Shown here piece by piece: positions 9,456-20,060 of a stretch of DNA of 64,000 nt; the first letter of the stretch is position 1, and each line of letters begins with the position of its first letter. Below the pieces are notes generated by a model. The model searched no databases and had not been told where the DNA came from. It worked only from the letters and a program-made list of their open reading frames with translations. This DNA is from Dehalococcoidia bacterium (GTDB lineage: Bacteria > Chloroflexota > Dehalococcoidia > Dehalococcoidales > BS750m-G39): positions 14,375 through 78,374 of the forward strand of contig JAUWIX010000001.1 in assembly GCA_030608005.1 (NCBI GenBank), given 5' to 3'. A program made the position numbers and the translations under genes.

Positions 9456-10808
9456 CTATGGTTTCCACGACTTAAGGTAGGCTGGGATGTGGGCTCCATC
9501 CCTGGGACCAACCTGAATCTCCCAGCCAGCTAACTCCTCTTCCAAGCCGCCACTTTCGGCGGCAGCATATCCAGGAATTATCAATTTGCGATGCTTGACC
9601 ATATCAGCAATCCCACACTCCTTAACGAAGGGGGCAATAGTATCAGCGACAAATTTCCCAGCTGCCCAGGCAGTCATAACCGAAAGCCCCTCGGTGTCCT
9701 TGACCAGAAGATAGCTGGGTATCCTGCTGGCTTCTATTTCACCAGAAACAATGAAATAGGTGAGGGAAAAATTGCAGGTAATAAGCACCGGGGAATTTTC
9801 GTCAGGCTCGCCAATCTCGTAGACCCCCTCCGTGGTTGCCAGTGGTCGCTGGGGGTCAGTATAGATATTCAGCCTTTCCACCAGCAAGGGGAAAAGGCTT
9901 TCTCCCTGAAAATCGGAGAGAACGATAATACTGCCATATTTAGCCACAAAAATAGAGGCAATTAAAGCCTCCTTCATTGGGTCATCGGTCATCTCACAGG
10001 GGAAAACGATAGTGGGGAAGCCCAGGGGGCGAAACTTCTTAGTTAAGGCGACACTCCTGATGATTATCTGGTCCTCAAATGCCCGGCGTAGGGTTCTTGA
10101 GCCAGAATCAATGACAATATCCTTAACCCCGGCGTCGGTTAATTTAGCGGTTAATTGGGCAAGCTCCTCCAGGCTGGAAGCTTTTACCGCCAGGGGGCAG
10201 GAATTTCCCTCAGCCAAATCTGCCACGCGCTCCAGGTTCTCCTCAATAGCAGCATAGAGCAGCGGTTTTCGGTCAGCGCAGACCTTCAAGCCTGCAGCCA
10301 AGGTATCAGGGTTGCTGCTCATCAGGATAATGCCACACTCGCTATTCTGCTTTACTTCATTGACCACAGCCTCAAATCTGGCTGCATCGCCCGAGTCATC
10401 CCTTACCGCTACCAAATCAGGACGAAGGAGAAGACCTATCCTCTCATATTGAAGATTGTTAAACCTCTCCAGCCTACCATCAATCTCGGGCTCCTCCATA
10501 GTGTCGCTGATGAGGATGGCAAAGCCGGGAGGGTTCTCAAACCTTTTTTCATGGCGAAACATAACAGTCTCGCCACCCACCTTTAATGCCCTGTCGCCGA
10601 CGCCAATAGTAACCGGCAAAATGGGGGGTGCTGCCGCCTCCATCAGTTTGGCTTTTGTTTCTTCGGAGACATAGGGACAGGCATTTAGCTCCGCCTTACC
10701 GGCAGCTAATTTCATGGCAAAGGCGAGACAAGTAGGCTCTCCGCATTCCTTACAGTTAGTCTTGGGGAGCAACTTGAATATCTCTATCCCAGTAAGTGGC
10801 ACAAGCAA
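9456..10808 (-). CDS. acsC: corrinoid iron-sulfur protein large subunit
   Basis: N-terminal 4Fe-4S motif LPKTNCKECGEPTCLAFAMKLA...CPY, typical of AcsC/CdhE. Length is 450 aa. Confidence 0.9.
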   Translation of the reverse strand: MLVPLTGIEIFKLLPKTNCKECGEPTCLAFAMKLAAGKAELNACPYVSEETKAKLMEAAAPPILPVTIGVGDRALKVGGETVMFRHEKRFENPPGFAILISDTMEEPEIDGRLERFNNLQYERIGLLLRPDLVAVRDDSGDAARFEAVVNEVKQNSECGIILMSSNPDTLAAGLKVCADRKPLLYAAIEENLERVADLAEGNSCPLAVKASSLEELAQLTAKLTDAGVKDIVIDSGSRTLRRAFEDQIIIRSVALTKKFRPLGFPTIVFPCEMTDDPMKEALIASIFVAKYGSIIVLSDFQGESLFPLLVERLNIYTDPQRPLATTEGVYEIGEPDENSPVLITCNFSLTYFIVSGEIEASRIPSYLLVKDTEGLSVMTAWAAGKFVADTIAPFVKECGIADMVKHRKLIIPGYAAAESGGLEEELAGWEIQVGPRDGAHIPAYLKSWKP

Positions 10809-10818
10809 AATTCCTTTC

Positions 10819-13026
10819 CTATCCCAGTATTGGTTCCATAGAAAGGGCCGGGTGCCCCTTCTCTTGCAGGAAGGGGAGAATCTCCTCCTCGGTGATACCT
10901 ACCGTCTCATCGGCGATCATATCAAGCAAGTCAGGGACGCCCAGCTCCTCAGCTCTCGCCTTAAGCCGGTCAGCAATCTCCCCCTTTAGCATTTTGGGCA
11001 TCCAGACCATTCTTTTTATGCCACCGTCAGCCATAATGAATTTTCTCTGGCAGATATTATACTTGCCATGACCAACAAACCCCGGGGTGCTCACACCACC
11101 ACCAACAGTCCCTGCCAGAGTGGTGAATTTCATCCCGCAAGGAGTGCCTCCAGTATATTCCCGATTTACCGTCATTACCCCATTACAAAGGGGAAGGACA
11201 GCAGCAATGCACTCACAGCAGCCACAAGTAGTCCACGGGTCATATACTATGCTATACATGTTATAGTGGTCTAGGTTTCCCCGAGAGGCCTTGTAGATAA
11301 ACTCATTCACCCCTTTCCACTGCCCGAACTTGGCATCAATGGTCTCCCCCTTAGGCACCGGTTGATTAGGTCCGGTGGGGTTAATCTCGTAAGCCGCCTT
11401 ACAGTCCATCCAGTTATAGGAGCCACAAAGTCCAGTTTTCTCCGGGGTAATGATACAGACATGGTTGGGGGCAAAGGACTGGCACAGGGTGCATGAGTAG
11501 TATATATCAGTACTTTCATCGGTCATACCTTCAATTCTGGCATCTCGAGCCCCATATACTGCCTTTGCCTTTTCTGTTACCTCCTTTACCTTATCCTCCT
11601 CCGTATAAAGTTTTACCTGTATCTTATCAAATATCCGACTAAAATCCTGGTGCAATTTAGCATGAAGGAGAGCACCGATATGATACAGCCTGAAGCCTTT
11701 TTCCATAGCCGATTTAGTGATTCGTAACCAGGCGATATCTCTCTGACCTATATGCCATACCCCTTGAGTATAGTTTATCAGATGGTGAATTTGACGCTCC
11801 AAGATAGGCTCATAGTCCTCCTCCATCTCTCTTCCGGCAACCTCAACGATTATAGCCAGGGGTAACCTGGACTCAGGGGGAACATCGATTATCTCGGGAC
11901 CAATCACTTCAATCTTCCCATCCTCTACCTCATCCATCCGTTTGGAGGTACACCACTCAACCATAGGTGTTCTGCCCCCACCACACTCCAAATACCACTC
12001 CCCCTTGCGAACCCTCTCGCCCTCAAAGGCAGGACCAAAGGCTACCGGAACTGGCACCTCAGTCACGCTAACCTTCAGCCCTCTTACCTCTATCGCCTTG
12101 GCTACTATTTTATCGTGGGGAATATTGGAGACAACATGCTCGTAGGTGCAAACCCCGGTGGGCAAAATCTCCGGTATCGGGGTATCGGCAATAGTGGGGA
12201 AACCAAAGTTGATACAGCCCAGGGCCTGGGCATACCACTCATCAGTAATATAGCCCAGGGGCAGGGCAAAGGCAAAGCAGCGGTCTTTATTATAGATAAG
12301 GTGCCTTCTGTATTCCCCGGGTCCAATGCCACCGAAGGTAAAGCCTACCCTGATGGCGAAGCCAGCGGCAAATACAGTTGCCGTAACATCAGGACCAAAT
12401 GAGACCAAACGAGTCGGCCATCCAATCTGCACTCCTGCCTCTACAAGCTGCTCCGAGAACCTTTTCCCATTATGCTCAGCCGACATAAAGACATAGAGGT
12501 TCTTCTGCTGAAGTTCTTGGGCGATTTTAGCCGCTATCTCATTGGTAGGAGCAGCACCAAGGATGGCAGCAAAGCCGGGGGCAGTGCCATCAACAAATTC
12601 AATCCCCCTCTTTCTGAGGATTACATCATCTGCGGCGCCTAGCCAGATATTATTATCGGTAGGGTCTTCCTGTTTAGTATAAAAGTCGGGCTCCTCCAGA
12701 TACCTTATAGCTTCGATGAGCTCATCGGCGAAGAAGGTTGCCATCCCGGCATCAATGGCTGGAGCCAGGTAAGGTAAAGGGCAATTCTCCCTCACCGGGG
12801 GTGGGAGGAGGGATTTACACCTTTTCAGCACCTGTTCCATATCGCCCAGTTTCTCCACCGGGATTCCCAAAATCCCGTAGATTACCGGTAAATAATAGGC
12901 AGTGTTGGGGAAGCCCACCGGCTCATTTGCCCCCCACCTGTCCATTGCCTCCTGCCATTTTTTCTCAGCCCGACCTACAATCTTGTAAGCCCCTCTAATA
13001 GCTGCTGAGGCAATAACTTTAGACAT
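10819..13026 (-). CDS. acsB: acetyl-CoA synthase (CODH/ACS catalytic subunit)
   Basis: 735 aa. The N-terminus (IRGAYKIV...GFPNTAYYLPVIYG) and the A-cluster Cys-rich region (CTLCQSFAPNHVCIITPE...CG...CGCCEC) match AcsB. Confidence 0.93.
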   Translation of the reverse strand: MSKVIASAAIRGAYKIVGRAEKKWQEAMDRWGANEPVGFPNTAYYLPVIYGILGIPVEKLGDMEQVLKRCKSLLPPPVRENCPLPYLAPAIDAGMATFFADELIEAIRYLEEPDFYTKQEDPTDNNIWLGAADDVILRKRGIEFVDGTAPGFAAILGAAPTNEIAAKIAQELQQKNLYVFMSAEHNGKRFSEQLVEAGVQIGWPTRLVSFGPDVTATVFAAGFAIRVGFTFGGIGPGEYRRHLIYNKDRCFAFALPLGYITDEWYAQALGCINFGFPTIADTPIPEILPTGVCTYEHVVSNIPHDKIVAKAIEVRGLKVSVTEVPVPVAFGPAFEGERVRKGEWYLECGGGRTPMVEWCTSKRMDEVEDGKIEVIGPEIIDVPPESRLPLAIIVEVAGREMEEDYEPILERQIHHLINYTQGVWHIGQRDIAWLRITKSAMEKGFRLYHIGALLHAKLHQDFSRIFDKIQVKLYTEEDKVKEVTEKAKAVYGARDARIEGMTDESTDIYYSCTLCQSFAPNHVCIITPEKTGLCGSYNWMDCKAAYEINPTGPNQPVPKGETIDAKFGQWKGVNEFIYKASRGNLDHYNMYSIVYDPWTTCGCCECIAAVLPLCNGVMTVNREYTGGTPCGMKFTTLAGTVGGGVSTPGFVGHGKYNICQRKFIMADGGIKRMVWMPKMLKGEIADRLKARAEELGVPDLLDMIADETVGITEEEILPFLQEKGHPALSMEPILG

Positions 13027-13061
13027 ATTTTGAGCCTTTCTCTGTCTTTCAACTTTTGCGT

Positions 13062-15026
13062 CTAAGCTGCCTCCAGCTCCCTTCTCATCGCCATATCATA
13101 GAGTATTCTTTCTCTAGCCTTATCAATGCCTAAGGCTTTGCGCTTCTTGTCAATGTGGTCAATCATGAGGTGGGCTGCCTTAATTGGGTTCGGTTCAAAA
13201 GCCCACATTCCACCACATATATTTTCTAAATCCTTAAACAAAAATTCAGTGACCTCGGGGCTTCCCAAAGTGGGCCAGGTGGCGCCGAATACAGTAAATA
13301 CCCCTGAGCCAACAAAGTATTGACCGATGGAGATTGCCTTCTCACTCATCCACTCCGGGGCAGCCCCAGCCACAGGCAGCTCGCTGATGTCATCGCCCAA
13401 GCCACCGTCTTTCACCATAGCGGTAGCCGCCATCAGGATACGGCTATTATCAACACAGGAACCTAAGTGCAATACCGGGGGAATGCCTACTGCTTCGCAT
13501 ACTGAAGCCAGCCCCTCACCGGCATATTCTGCTGCCTCCGGGGTCATTAATCCGGCTTCAGCACAAGCTATGGCACTACAGCCAGTTTGAAGCACCAATA
13601 CATCGTTCTTTATAAGTTCCTTAACCATGGTAACATGATTCTCGTTGTGCTTAACCCTGGCATTATTGCAGCCAACAACACCGGCCACTCCCCTAATTCT
13701 GCCATTGATGATATTGTCATTCAGTGGTCGGTAGGAAGCGCGATAGATGCCTCCTAGTAAGTAGTTAATAGTCTCATGGCTGAATCCAGCGACTAGGTTA
13801 GTTTGCTCCTTAGGGATGTCAATATTGCTCCCCCTGTTGGGGAAATTCTCAATGGCGGTCCTGACTATAGCCCTAGCCGATTCCATGGCATTGTGCTCAT
13901 CAAACTCAATATGGATAGCACCGGGAATATGAGCCTTGGGGGAGGTGGTGATAATCTTGGTGTGGTAGCACTCAGCTACTGTGGTCAAAGACTGCATAAT
14001 ACATTGAATATCTACTACCATAACGTCCACTGCCCCGGTCACTATAGCCAGCTCCTGCTGCAGAAAGTTCCCGGCTAGAGGTACACCATGGCGCATCAAT
14101 ATCTCATTAGCAGTGCAACACATTCCAGCTATACTTATCCCATTAGCCCCCTTAGATTTAGCCAGCTCTATCATCTGTGGCTCTTGAGCAGCGACGACAA
14201 TCATCTCGGAAAGCAACGGCTCGTGACCATGAATAATAAGATTTACCTCATCCCGCTTGAGTACCCCCAGGTTTATCCTGCCCAGAACAGGTGCTGGGGT
14301 GCCGAATAAGATGTCCTGGAGTTCGGTAGCAATCATGCTACCGCCCCAGCCATCAGCTATAGATGCTCTGACCCCTTGGCGGAGCAGGCTTCGGTAGTCT
14401 TGGTCAACTCCGATATGGGTCCTATGCATTATCTCCACAATCTCCCTATCTATACCTCTGGGGGCAATCCCCTCCCGCCGCCACAATTCCTGACGCTTTA
14501 GCGGTGCCCTTCTTAGGAACAGGACCTCGCCTTCCTGTTTACCAAACTCAGCCAGAGCCTTTTCACCAATGTCAATGGCAATTTCATTATTGCTACGGTC
14601 TCCAATTGTGACCCCGAAATCCAGAGCCAGTTGCAGCAGCTTTTGCTCGTCTTTAATCTCATAGCCCGGAGCCTCACCTTTAGCCACCGCCAAGAAGAGC
14701 TTAGCCACCCCCCGACCGTGGTCGGAGTGGGCTGCCGCCCCACCAGCTATCATCCGAATAAAATTACGAGCGGCGATAGTCTCAGCGGTAGCCCCACAGA
14801 TGCCCCGTCTTTCCTTTTTCTCCTTTGGTGTTTCCTCTTTCCCTTTGGGCAGGGGCACCCGGCACGGTCCCATACCACAGTTCTTGCAGCAAGTACCTTC
14901 CGCCCCAATGGGACAGGGCTTCATCGTCTCAGCTCTATCAAAAGCGGTATTCGCCCCATCAGCAGCCGCTTTCTCAATCATCTTAATACTGGCGTTATCA
15001 ATGCTCTTGGTCTCTGCTTCTGCCAT
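13062..15026 (-). CDS. acsA: anaerobic Ni-dependent carbon monoxide dehydrogenase catalytic subunit
   Basis: 654 aa. The B/D-cluster motif is CPIGAEGTCCKNCGMGPCR. HGHEP and further Cys ligands follow. Confidence 0.92.
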   Translation of the reverse strand: MAEAETKSIDNASIKMIEKAAADGANTAFDRAETMKPCPIGAEGTCCKNCGMGPCRVPLPKGKEETPKEKKERRGICGATAETIAARNFIRMIAGGAAAHSDHGRGVAKLFLAVAKGEAPGYEIKDEQKLLQLALDFGVTIGDRSNNEIAIDIGEKALAEFGKQEGEVLFLRRAPLKRQELWRREGIAPRGIDREIVEIMHRTHIGVDQDYRSLLRQGVRASIADGWGGSMIATELQDILFGTPAPVLGRINLGVLKRDEVNLIIHGHEPLLSEMIVVAAQEPQMIELAKSKGANGISIAGMCCTANEILMRHGVPLAGNFLQQELAIVTGAVDVMVVDIQCIMQSLTTVAECYHTKIITTSPKAHIPGAIHIEFDEHNAMESARAIVRTAIENFPNRGSNIDIPKEQTNLVAGFSHETINYLLGGIYRASYRPLNDNIINGRIRGVAGVVGCNNARVKHNENHVTMVKELIKNDVLVLQTGCSAIACAEAGLMTPEAAEYAGEGLASVCEAVGIPPVLHLGSCVDNSRILMAATAMVKDGGLGDDISELPVAGAAPEWMSEKAISIGQYFVGSGVFTVFGATWPTLGSPEVTEFLFKDLENICGGMWAFEPNPIKAAHLMIDHIDKKRKALGIDKARERILYDMAMRRELEAA

Positions 15027-15057
15027 CTGCTATCACCCCTTCCAACCTCCAACTATT

Positions 15058-16005
15058 TTAGGAAGCTGTCAATTCAGCTATCACCTCTCGTACCAACTTT
15101 ATTGCCTCCGGGTGCCTCATAATCATCACATCCCCCCCAGCCAGAATCAGAACCATGGCTGACATTGCTTCCAGCAAGATTCCCCGCTTCTTGGCATCCC
15201 CAAGCTTGGGGTCTTCCTCCATTGGAATATGCACTTCCTTGGTCTTCCATGCCTCTTTAGATATATTGCAAATGAGAGGGAACTGCAGCTTTTCATCCTG
15301 TTGGGTTAGCCCTGCCATTCTCATTCTCTCCATTACCGAGTAGCAATACTCAATACCATAGCCTATGCAACTGGTGGTAGGGTCCGTTATAATCAGCTCG
15401 TCAGGGACACCGAGATTGCCCAGCAGAATATTAAGCTGCTTGGCAAGGTTTATGTCTATAGGCGTTGACGCAATCACTGTGTGGTGGTAACCAATAGCGG
15501 CAGCGCCAATTCTTTTATGGTCTCCCTCCTCAACCGGTCCGATAATCAGATTTTTCCCCCGGCAAACCTCACACACCTTCCTTAGAACCTCGGTATCTTT
15601 CTCATGATTAGCCGTTCCCCAGACGATTAAGGGAACATCAATAGCATCGGCTACCTTCTTGACCACCTCGGCGGCTTCATCCGCCCCCCGGTCAAGCCCG
15701 TTGGGGTCAGTGCTTACTAGTTGCAGGCAAATCATCTCAGCCCCATAATCCTCAACGCATTTCTTTGCCCAGGCAACAGGGTCATCGGTCACCCCGGCAA
15801 ATGGCTCCAGGGCAGCCTCAGCCCAATCCTGGGGTGGCATGTCCCAGACCTCCATGGCTATTTTAGGCAGGTTCGGCATCTCCCCTTCAAAAAGGTAAAG
15901 CGGGTAGCATGTCTCCCCACCAACCGTTACCGCTTTCTCACCGCTGCCCAGCTTTACCTCTCTAATCTTACCGCTATACGCTGTCTTAGGGATTTCAAAC
16001 ACCAT
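15058..16005 (-). CDS. acsD: corrinoid iron-sulfur protein small subunit
   Basis: 315 aa TIM-barrel-like protein between the acsA and folD blocks. The N-terminus (YSGKIREVKLG...VTVGGET) is typical of AcsD/CdhD. Confidence 0.85.
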   Translation of the reverse strand: MVFEIPKTAYSGKIREVKLGSGEKAVTVGGETCYPLYLFEGEMPNLPKIAMEVWDMPPQDWAEAALEPFAGVTDDPVAWAKKCVEDYGAEMICLQLVSTDPNGLDRGADEAAEVVKKVADAIDVPLIVWGTANHEKDTEVLRKVCEVCRGKNLIIGPVEEGDHKRIGAAAIGYHHTVIASTPIDINLAKQLNILLGNLGVPDELIITDPTTSCIGYGIEYCYSVMERMRMAGLTQQDEKLQFPLICNISKEAWKTKEVHIPMEEDPKLGDAKKRGILLEAMSAMVLILAGGDVMIMRHPEAIKLVREVIAELTAS

Positions 16006-16021
16006 TCTTATCTCCCCCTAC

Positions 16022-16240
16022 TCAAGCCGGATTCTTCCTCTTCTCACTGCCATACCAGTCTTTGCCATACCAATATCGCTCACCACTTTGCAGATATTTG
16101 AGCTTCTCCTCCCTACTCTCTAGTTTCTGTCTCCACTTCCCCAGCTCCTCACCCTCGGGTTTACCCTCCTCAAAGGTCGCCCCCAGCACCTCTACATCTT
16201 TTCTGCCCGGTGCCTTCTTTTTCTCAATCTTATATTCCAT
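16022..16240 (-). CDS. small charged hypothetical protein embedded in the WL operon
   Basis: 72-aa K/E-rich ORF that exactly fills the folD-acsD gap (14 nt and 16 nt spacers). I recognise no family. Confidence 0.4.
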   Translation of the reverse strand: MEYKIEKKKAPGRKDVEVLGATFEEGKPEGEELGKWRQKLESREEKLKYLQSGERYWYGKDWYGSEKRKNPA

Positions 16241-16254
16241 CCCTTTTCTACCTC

Positions 16255-17142
16255 TTAGGCTATGCCAGCGGCTAATTTTGCCGCTCTTACTGTATTTAAC
16301 ATAAGCATGATTATGGTCATAGGTCCTACCCCACCAGGAACCGGGGTAATGGCTTTAGCCTTTTCCTTAACCGCCTCAAAGTCAACATCTCCGCAGAGAA
16401 TCCTTTTACCTTCGGCGGTGGTGCCGATTTGGTTAACCCCAACATCAATTACCACCACTCCTTCCTTAACCATGTCAGCGGTGATAGCCTTGGCTTTTCC
16501 TGCAGCTACAATCAGTATGTCGGCTCTCCTGGTATGAAAAGCCATATCCTTTGTTCCGGTATGGCACACAGTTACGGTAGCATTAGCCCCCTCCTTCTTT
16601 TGCAGAAGGATGTTAGCTATAGGTTTGCCTACGATGTTGCTTCTACCAACAACCACCACCTCTGCCCCTTCAATCTTAATCCCAGACCTGATTAGAAGCT
16701 GCTGGATGCCGTATGGGGTGCAGGGTAAATAATCTGGCTCTCCAATCATCAACTTGCCCACATTCACCGGGTGAAAGCCATCCACATCCTTTTTGGGGTC
16801 AATGGCATAAAGAACTCTGGTCTCACCGATATGCTTGGGCAGGGGTAGTTGGACTAAAATCCCGTGAATCTTGGAGTCTTTGTTTAGCTTGTCAATTAGC
16901 TTGAGTAATTCTTCCTCACTGGTATCAGCCGGCAGGTCGTGCCTTTCCGAGTAGATGCCTAAGGCAATAGATGTCTTCTCCTTCGCCCCAACATAAACCT
17001 GGGATGCCGGGTCTTCACCCACCAGAACAGTGGCTACCCCCGGTATAAGATTATGCTTCTCCTTGAGCTCAGCGATTTCCTGTTTTAGCTCCTCTCGGAT
17101 CTGCTTAGCAATCTCAGTGCCACTAATAATCTGTGCCGGCAT
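16255..17142 (-). CDS. folD: bifunctional methylene-THF dehydrogenase / methenyl-THF cyclohydrolase
   Basis: FolD motifs are present: ATVLVGEDPASQVYV, GILVQLPLP, VVVGRSNIVGKP, PVPGGVGPMT. Confidence 0.93.
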   Translation of the reverse strand: MPAQIISGTEIAKQIREELKQEIAELKEKHNLIPGVATVLVGEDPASQVYVGAKEKTSIALGIYSERHDLPADTSEEELLKLIDKLNKDSKIHGILVQLPLPKHIGETRVLYAIDPKKDVDGFHPVNVGKLMIGEPDYLPCTPYGIQQLLIRSGIKIEGAEVVVVGRSNIVGKPIANILLQKKEGANATVTVCHTGTKDMAFHTRRADILIVAAGKAKAITADMVKEGVVVIDVGVNQIGTTAEGKRILCGDVDFEAVKEKAKAITPVPGGVGPMTIIMLMLNTVRAAKLAAGIA

Positions 17143-17203
17143 TTCCAGCTCCTTTCAATTTTAGGCGCAAATTTTATCCTCTATGTTGCTGAATTAGCCT
17201 ACA

Positions 17204-17503
17204 CTAAAAACGGGTGAAAAGCCCCTCAAGGGTAGGAAAAACCAAGAGAAGCAAAACGAGAACAACAACTATAATAGCCAGCCAATACCATTTCATTTGC
17301 CTCCCTTCTTTCTTTAGGGCTAAATACCCGCCGAATACTACCTGAGACACCCCTAGCACAAGAACTATTATCAGATTAATAGCAAAATGGATTCTAGAAA
17401 ACCAATAGAAAAGAAAGACGGGAGGATAAAACGGGGAAAAAGCTCCAAGAACACATATTATGCCATGAACCACCAAAAACCAGCCTAGTATCTTTTTCAT
17501 CAT
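17204..17503 (-). CDS. small integral membrane protein (hypothetical)
   Basis: About 99 aa with 3 hydrophobic helices. The ATG at 17503 (MMKKILG) is preceded by AAAGGAGGGGAGAGG. The longer ORF-track start at 17542 would overlap the cooC end. Confidence 0.5.
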   Translation of the reverse strand: MMKKILGWFLVVHGIICVLGAFSPFYPPVFLFYWFSRIHFAINLIIVLVLGVSQVVFGGYLALKKEGRQMKWYWLAIIVVVLVLLLLVFPTLEGLFTRF

Positions 17504-17516
17504 CCTCTCCCCTCCT

Positions 17517-18284
17517 TTATAAAAGCTTAGCCACCGAATCACTAACTGCCATTACTGCCTTGGAGGTATCAGGCAGGTCAAGAAGTGGCTTTAGCTTAAG
17601 GTCATACTCATATACTTCCTCATCTAAGGGAATGGTGGCTCTGGGGTTGATTTCCAATCTGTTCAGTTCCTCAACGACCAGAGGGTTAAGCCTGGCAGGG
17701 ACAAAATTGATTATCACAGATTGCCTCTTCACTGACAGTTTGAGTTCAGCGACCAAGTCCCTTATCCGCGCCACAGTTCGAACCCCCTTCACCGAATGGT
17801 CGGAGATTATAAGTAGCTCATCAACATCCTGCGTGGTTCTCCGTGACAGATGCTCCATCCCCGCCTCATTATCCATAACCATATAGGCATAGTTTTTAGC
17901 CAGGTTATCGGCAAATTTTTTCAGGATAAGATTGGGATAGCAGTAACACTCCGGTCCCTCACCCCTACCCATGGTCACCAGGTCAAGTCCCTCAGTTTCC
18001 ACTATGACTTCGTTTAGTTTATATTCCAGATAGTCCTGCTTGTTTATCCCAGGGGGAATTTTTATTTTATCCTTCTGAAAATCGTCAAGCACCAAGCCAA
18101 CTGTTCGTTTTATGTCAAGTCCTAAACTCTCCCCGAGATTGGCGTTAGGGTCAGCATCAATAGCCAGAATTGGTCCCACTCCGTTCTTCATCAGGTAGCG
18201 AATGATGAGACTTGCCACCGATGTCTTCCCACTACCGCCCTTTCCAGCTACAGCAATACTAAAACTCAAACGGTTATCCTCCAC
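17517..18284 (-). CDS. cooC: CODH/ACS nickel-insertion accessory ATPase (CooC/AcsF type)
   Basis: Deviant Walker A AVAGKGGSGKTS and the CYCYP metal-binding motif. Length is 255 aa. Confidence 0.85.
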   Translation of the reverse strand: MEDNRLSFSIAVAGKGGSGKTSVASLIIRYLMKNGVGPILAIDADPNANLGESLGLDIKRTVGLVLDDFQKDKIKIPPGINKQDYLEYKLNEVIVETEGLDLVTMGRGEGPECYCYPNLILKKFADNLAKNYAYMVMDNEAGMEHLSRRTTQDVDELLIISDHSVKGVRTVARIRDLVAELKLSVKRQSVIINFVPARLNPLVVEELNRLEINPRATIPLDEEVYEYDLKLKPLLDLPDTSKAVMAVSDSVAKLL

Positions 18285-18307
18285 TTCATTTTGCTTTTTA
18301 ACAACTT

Positions 18308-20041
18308 TTAGAACAGCCCTTTGGTCAATCCTGTCTCTAGGTCAACATCAACATCAACAAAGGCTGGTCTTGAGGGAAGCCCAGGCATAGTGGGGAAGGT
18401 GCCGCAGAGAGGATAGAAGAAACCAGCCCCTACCGAGGCACGAATATCACGGACAGGAAGCTTATAGTTCTTGGGTACACCTACCCAATTGGGGTCGTGG
18501 GAAAGGGAAAGGTGTGTCTTCGCCATGTTGACCGTCATCCAACTGAAGCCTAGGTCATTATAGAGCTTTATCCTTCGCTCAGCCTCAGCCGAATAATCCA
18601 CCCCATCAGCACCAAAGACCTTGGTGGCTATGGTCTCTATCTTGTCCTTAATGGGTACATCATCGGGAAAGAGGAACTTCATCTCATGGGGTTTTTCCAC
18701 CGCCTTAACCACCTCACTGGCTAGCTCCAGGGCGCCTTCGCCTCCTTTAGCCCAGCCCTCACAAATGGCAGCCCCATCGGCGCCAGCCTCTAGGGCTTTC
18801 CTTCGCACTAATTCCAGCTCCTTATCGGTGTCGGAGGTGAACCTATTAACCGCTACTACCACAGGCACACCATACATCTTGGCAATCTCAATATTGCGGG
18901 CTAGATTCTCACAGCCTTTCTCCACTGCTGGAAGGTTCTCAGTTTCGGCTGCCTCCTTAACCCTGGAATATGGCATCCCCGGGCGGAGATGGAAAGCACC
19001 GCCATGTTGCTTAAGTGCTCTGACCGTGGCAACAATGACAGCACAGTCAACCTTCAGCCCACTCTGACGGCATTTGACATCAATCATCTTGGAAAAGCCA
19101 CAGTCTACACCAAATCCATTCTCGGTAACCACATAATCAGCCAGCTTCAGAGCAATCATGTCCTCTATTACCGAGTTATTGCCATGAGCCACATTGGCAA
19201 AGGGGAAGCCGTGGCACATCATAGGATGACCCTCTGTAGATTGGACCAGATTAGGCTTTATGGCATCTTTAAGTAGCACAGTCATCGCCCCGGCAACCTT
19301 GAGGTCTTCACAGGTAACTGGCTTGTTGTCATAGGTATAGCCAATGACCGTCCTCCTAAATCTCTCCCTCAAATCCCTAAGTCCGGTGGTCAGGGCATGT
19401 ATGGCTGCGGTTTCAGTGGCTACAGTGATATCATAGCCAGTCACCCTGGGATAGCCATCAGCCCTTCCCCCTATCCCGATAGCAATAGTCCTTAACGAGC
19501 GGGCACTTACATCAACACAATAGCGCCAGGTGATGTTCAGGGGGTCAATATTAAGCTTATTGCCATGTAAGATGCTAGCATCTATAGCTGCGGCACAAAG
19601 ATTTTGAGCGGTATCTACGGCGTGTATATCACCAGTGAAGTGGAGGTTAATCTGCTCCATGGGAAGGGCTTGGGAATAACCGCCGCCGGTGGCACCTCCT
19701 TTTATGCCGAAGGTAGGTCCTTTAGAGGGTTCACGGAAGGTATTTATAACCTTCCTACCCTGGCGATTTAGCGCTTGACCCAAACCAAAAGCAGTTACCG
19801 TTTTACCCTCTCCCAGAGGGGTGGGGGTGATTGCAGTTACACAGACCATCTTGCCATTAGGTCTGTCCTTTAGCCTCTCCAAAACCTTAACATAGTCTAT
19901 CTTGGCTATATACTTTCCATAGGGCACAAGCTCCTCGTCCAAAATCCCGGCATCCTTAGCCACCTCAGTGATTGGTCTTAGCTCAGCCTCCTGAGCAATC
20001 TCAAGAGCTGGGGGAACTGGCCATCTTATCTTTACCGGCAT
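18308..20041 (-). CDS. fhs: formate-tetrahydrofolate ligase
   Basis: 577 aa. PTPLGEGKTVT P-loop and a typical FTHFS N-terminus (I..EA.L.PI.EVA...GI). Confidence 0.93.
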   Translation of the reverse strand: MPVKIRWPVPPALEIAQEAELRPITEVAKDAGILDEELVPYGKYIAKIDYVKVLERLKDRPNGKMVCVTAITPTPLGEGKTVTAFGLGQALNRQGRKVINTFREPSKGPTFGIKGGATGGGYSQALPMEQINLHFTGDIHAVDTAQNLCAAAIDASILHGNKLNIDPLNITWRYCVDVSARSLRTIAIGIGGRADGYPRVTGYDITVATETAAIHALTTGLRDLRERFRRTVIGYTYDNKPVTCEDLKVAGAMTVLLKDAIKPNLVQSTEGHPMMCHGFPFANVAHGNNSVIEDMIALKLADYVVTENGFGVDCGFSKMIDVKCRQSGLKVDCAVIVATVRALKQHGGAFHLRPGMPYSRVKEAAETENLPAVEKGCENLARNIEIAKMYGVPVVVAVNRFTSDTDKELELVRRKALEAGADGAAICEGWAKGGEGALELASEVVKAVEKPHEMKFLFPDDVPIKDKIETIATKVFGADGVDYSAEAERRIKLYNDLGFSWMTVNMAKTHLSLSHDPNWVGVPKNYKLPVRDIRASVGAGFFYPLCGTFPTMPGLPSRPAFVDVDVDLETGLTKGLF

Positions 20042-20060
20042 TTTTAGCCTCCTTCTCTAA

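Noticed and set aside
16062-16304. An 80-aa plus-strand ORF overlapping the small minus-strand ORF between folD and acsD.
   Set aside because: It runs against the direction of a 13-gene operon and overlaps the folD end. It is S/L/P/F-rich and low in complexity. The minus-strand 72-aa ORF fits the operon spacing much better, although it remains only moderately supported itself.
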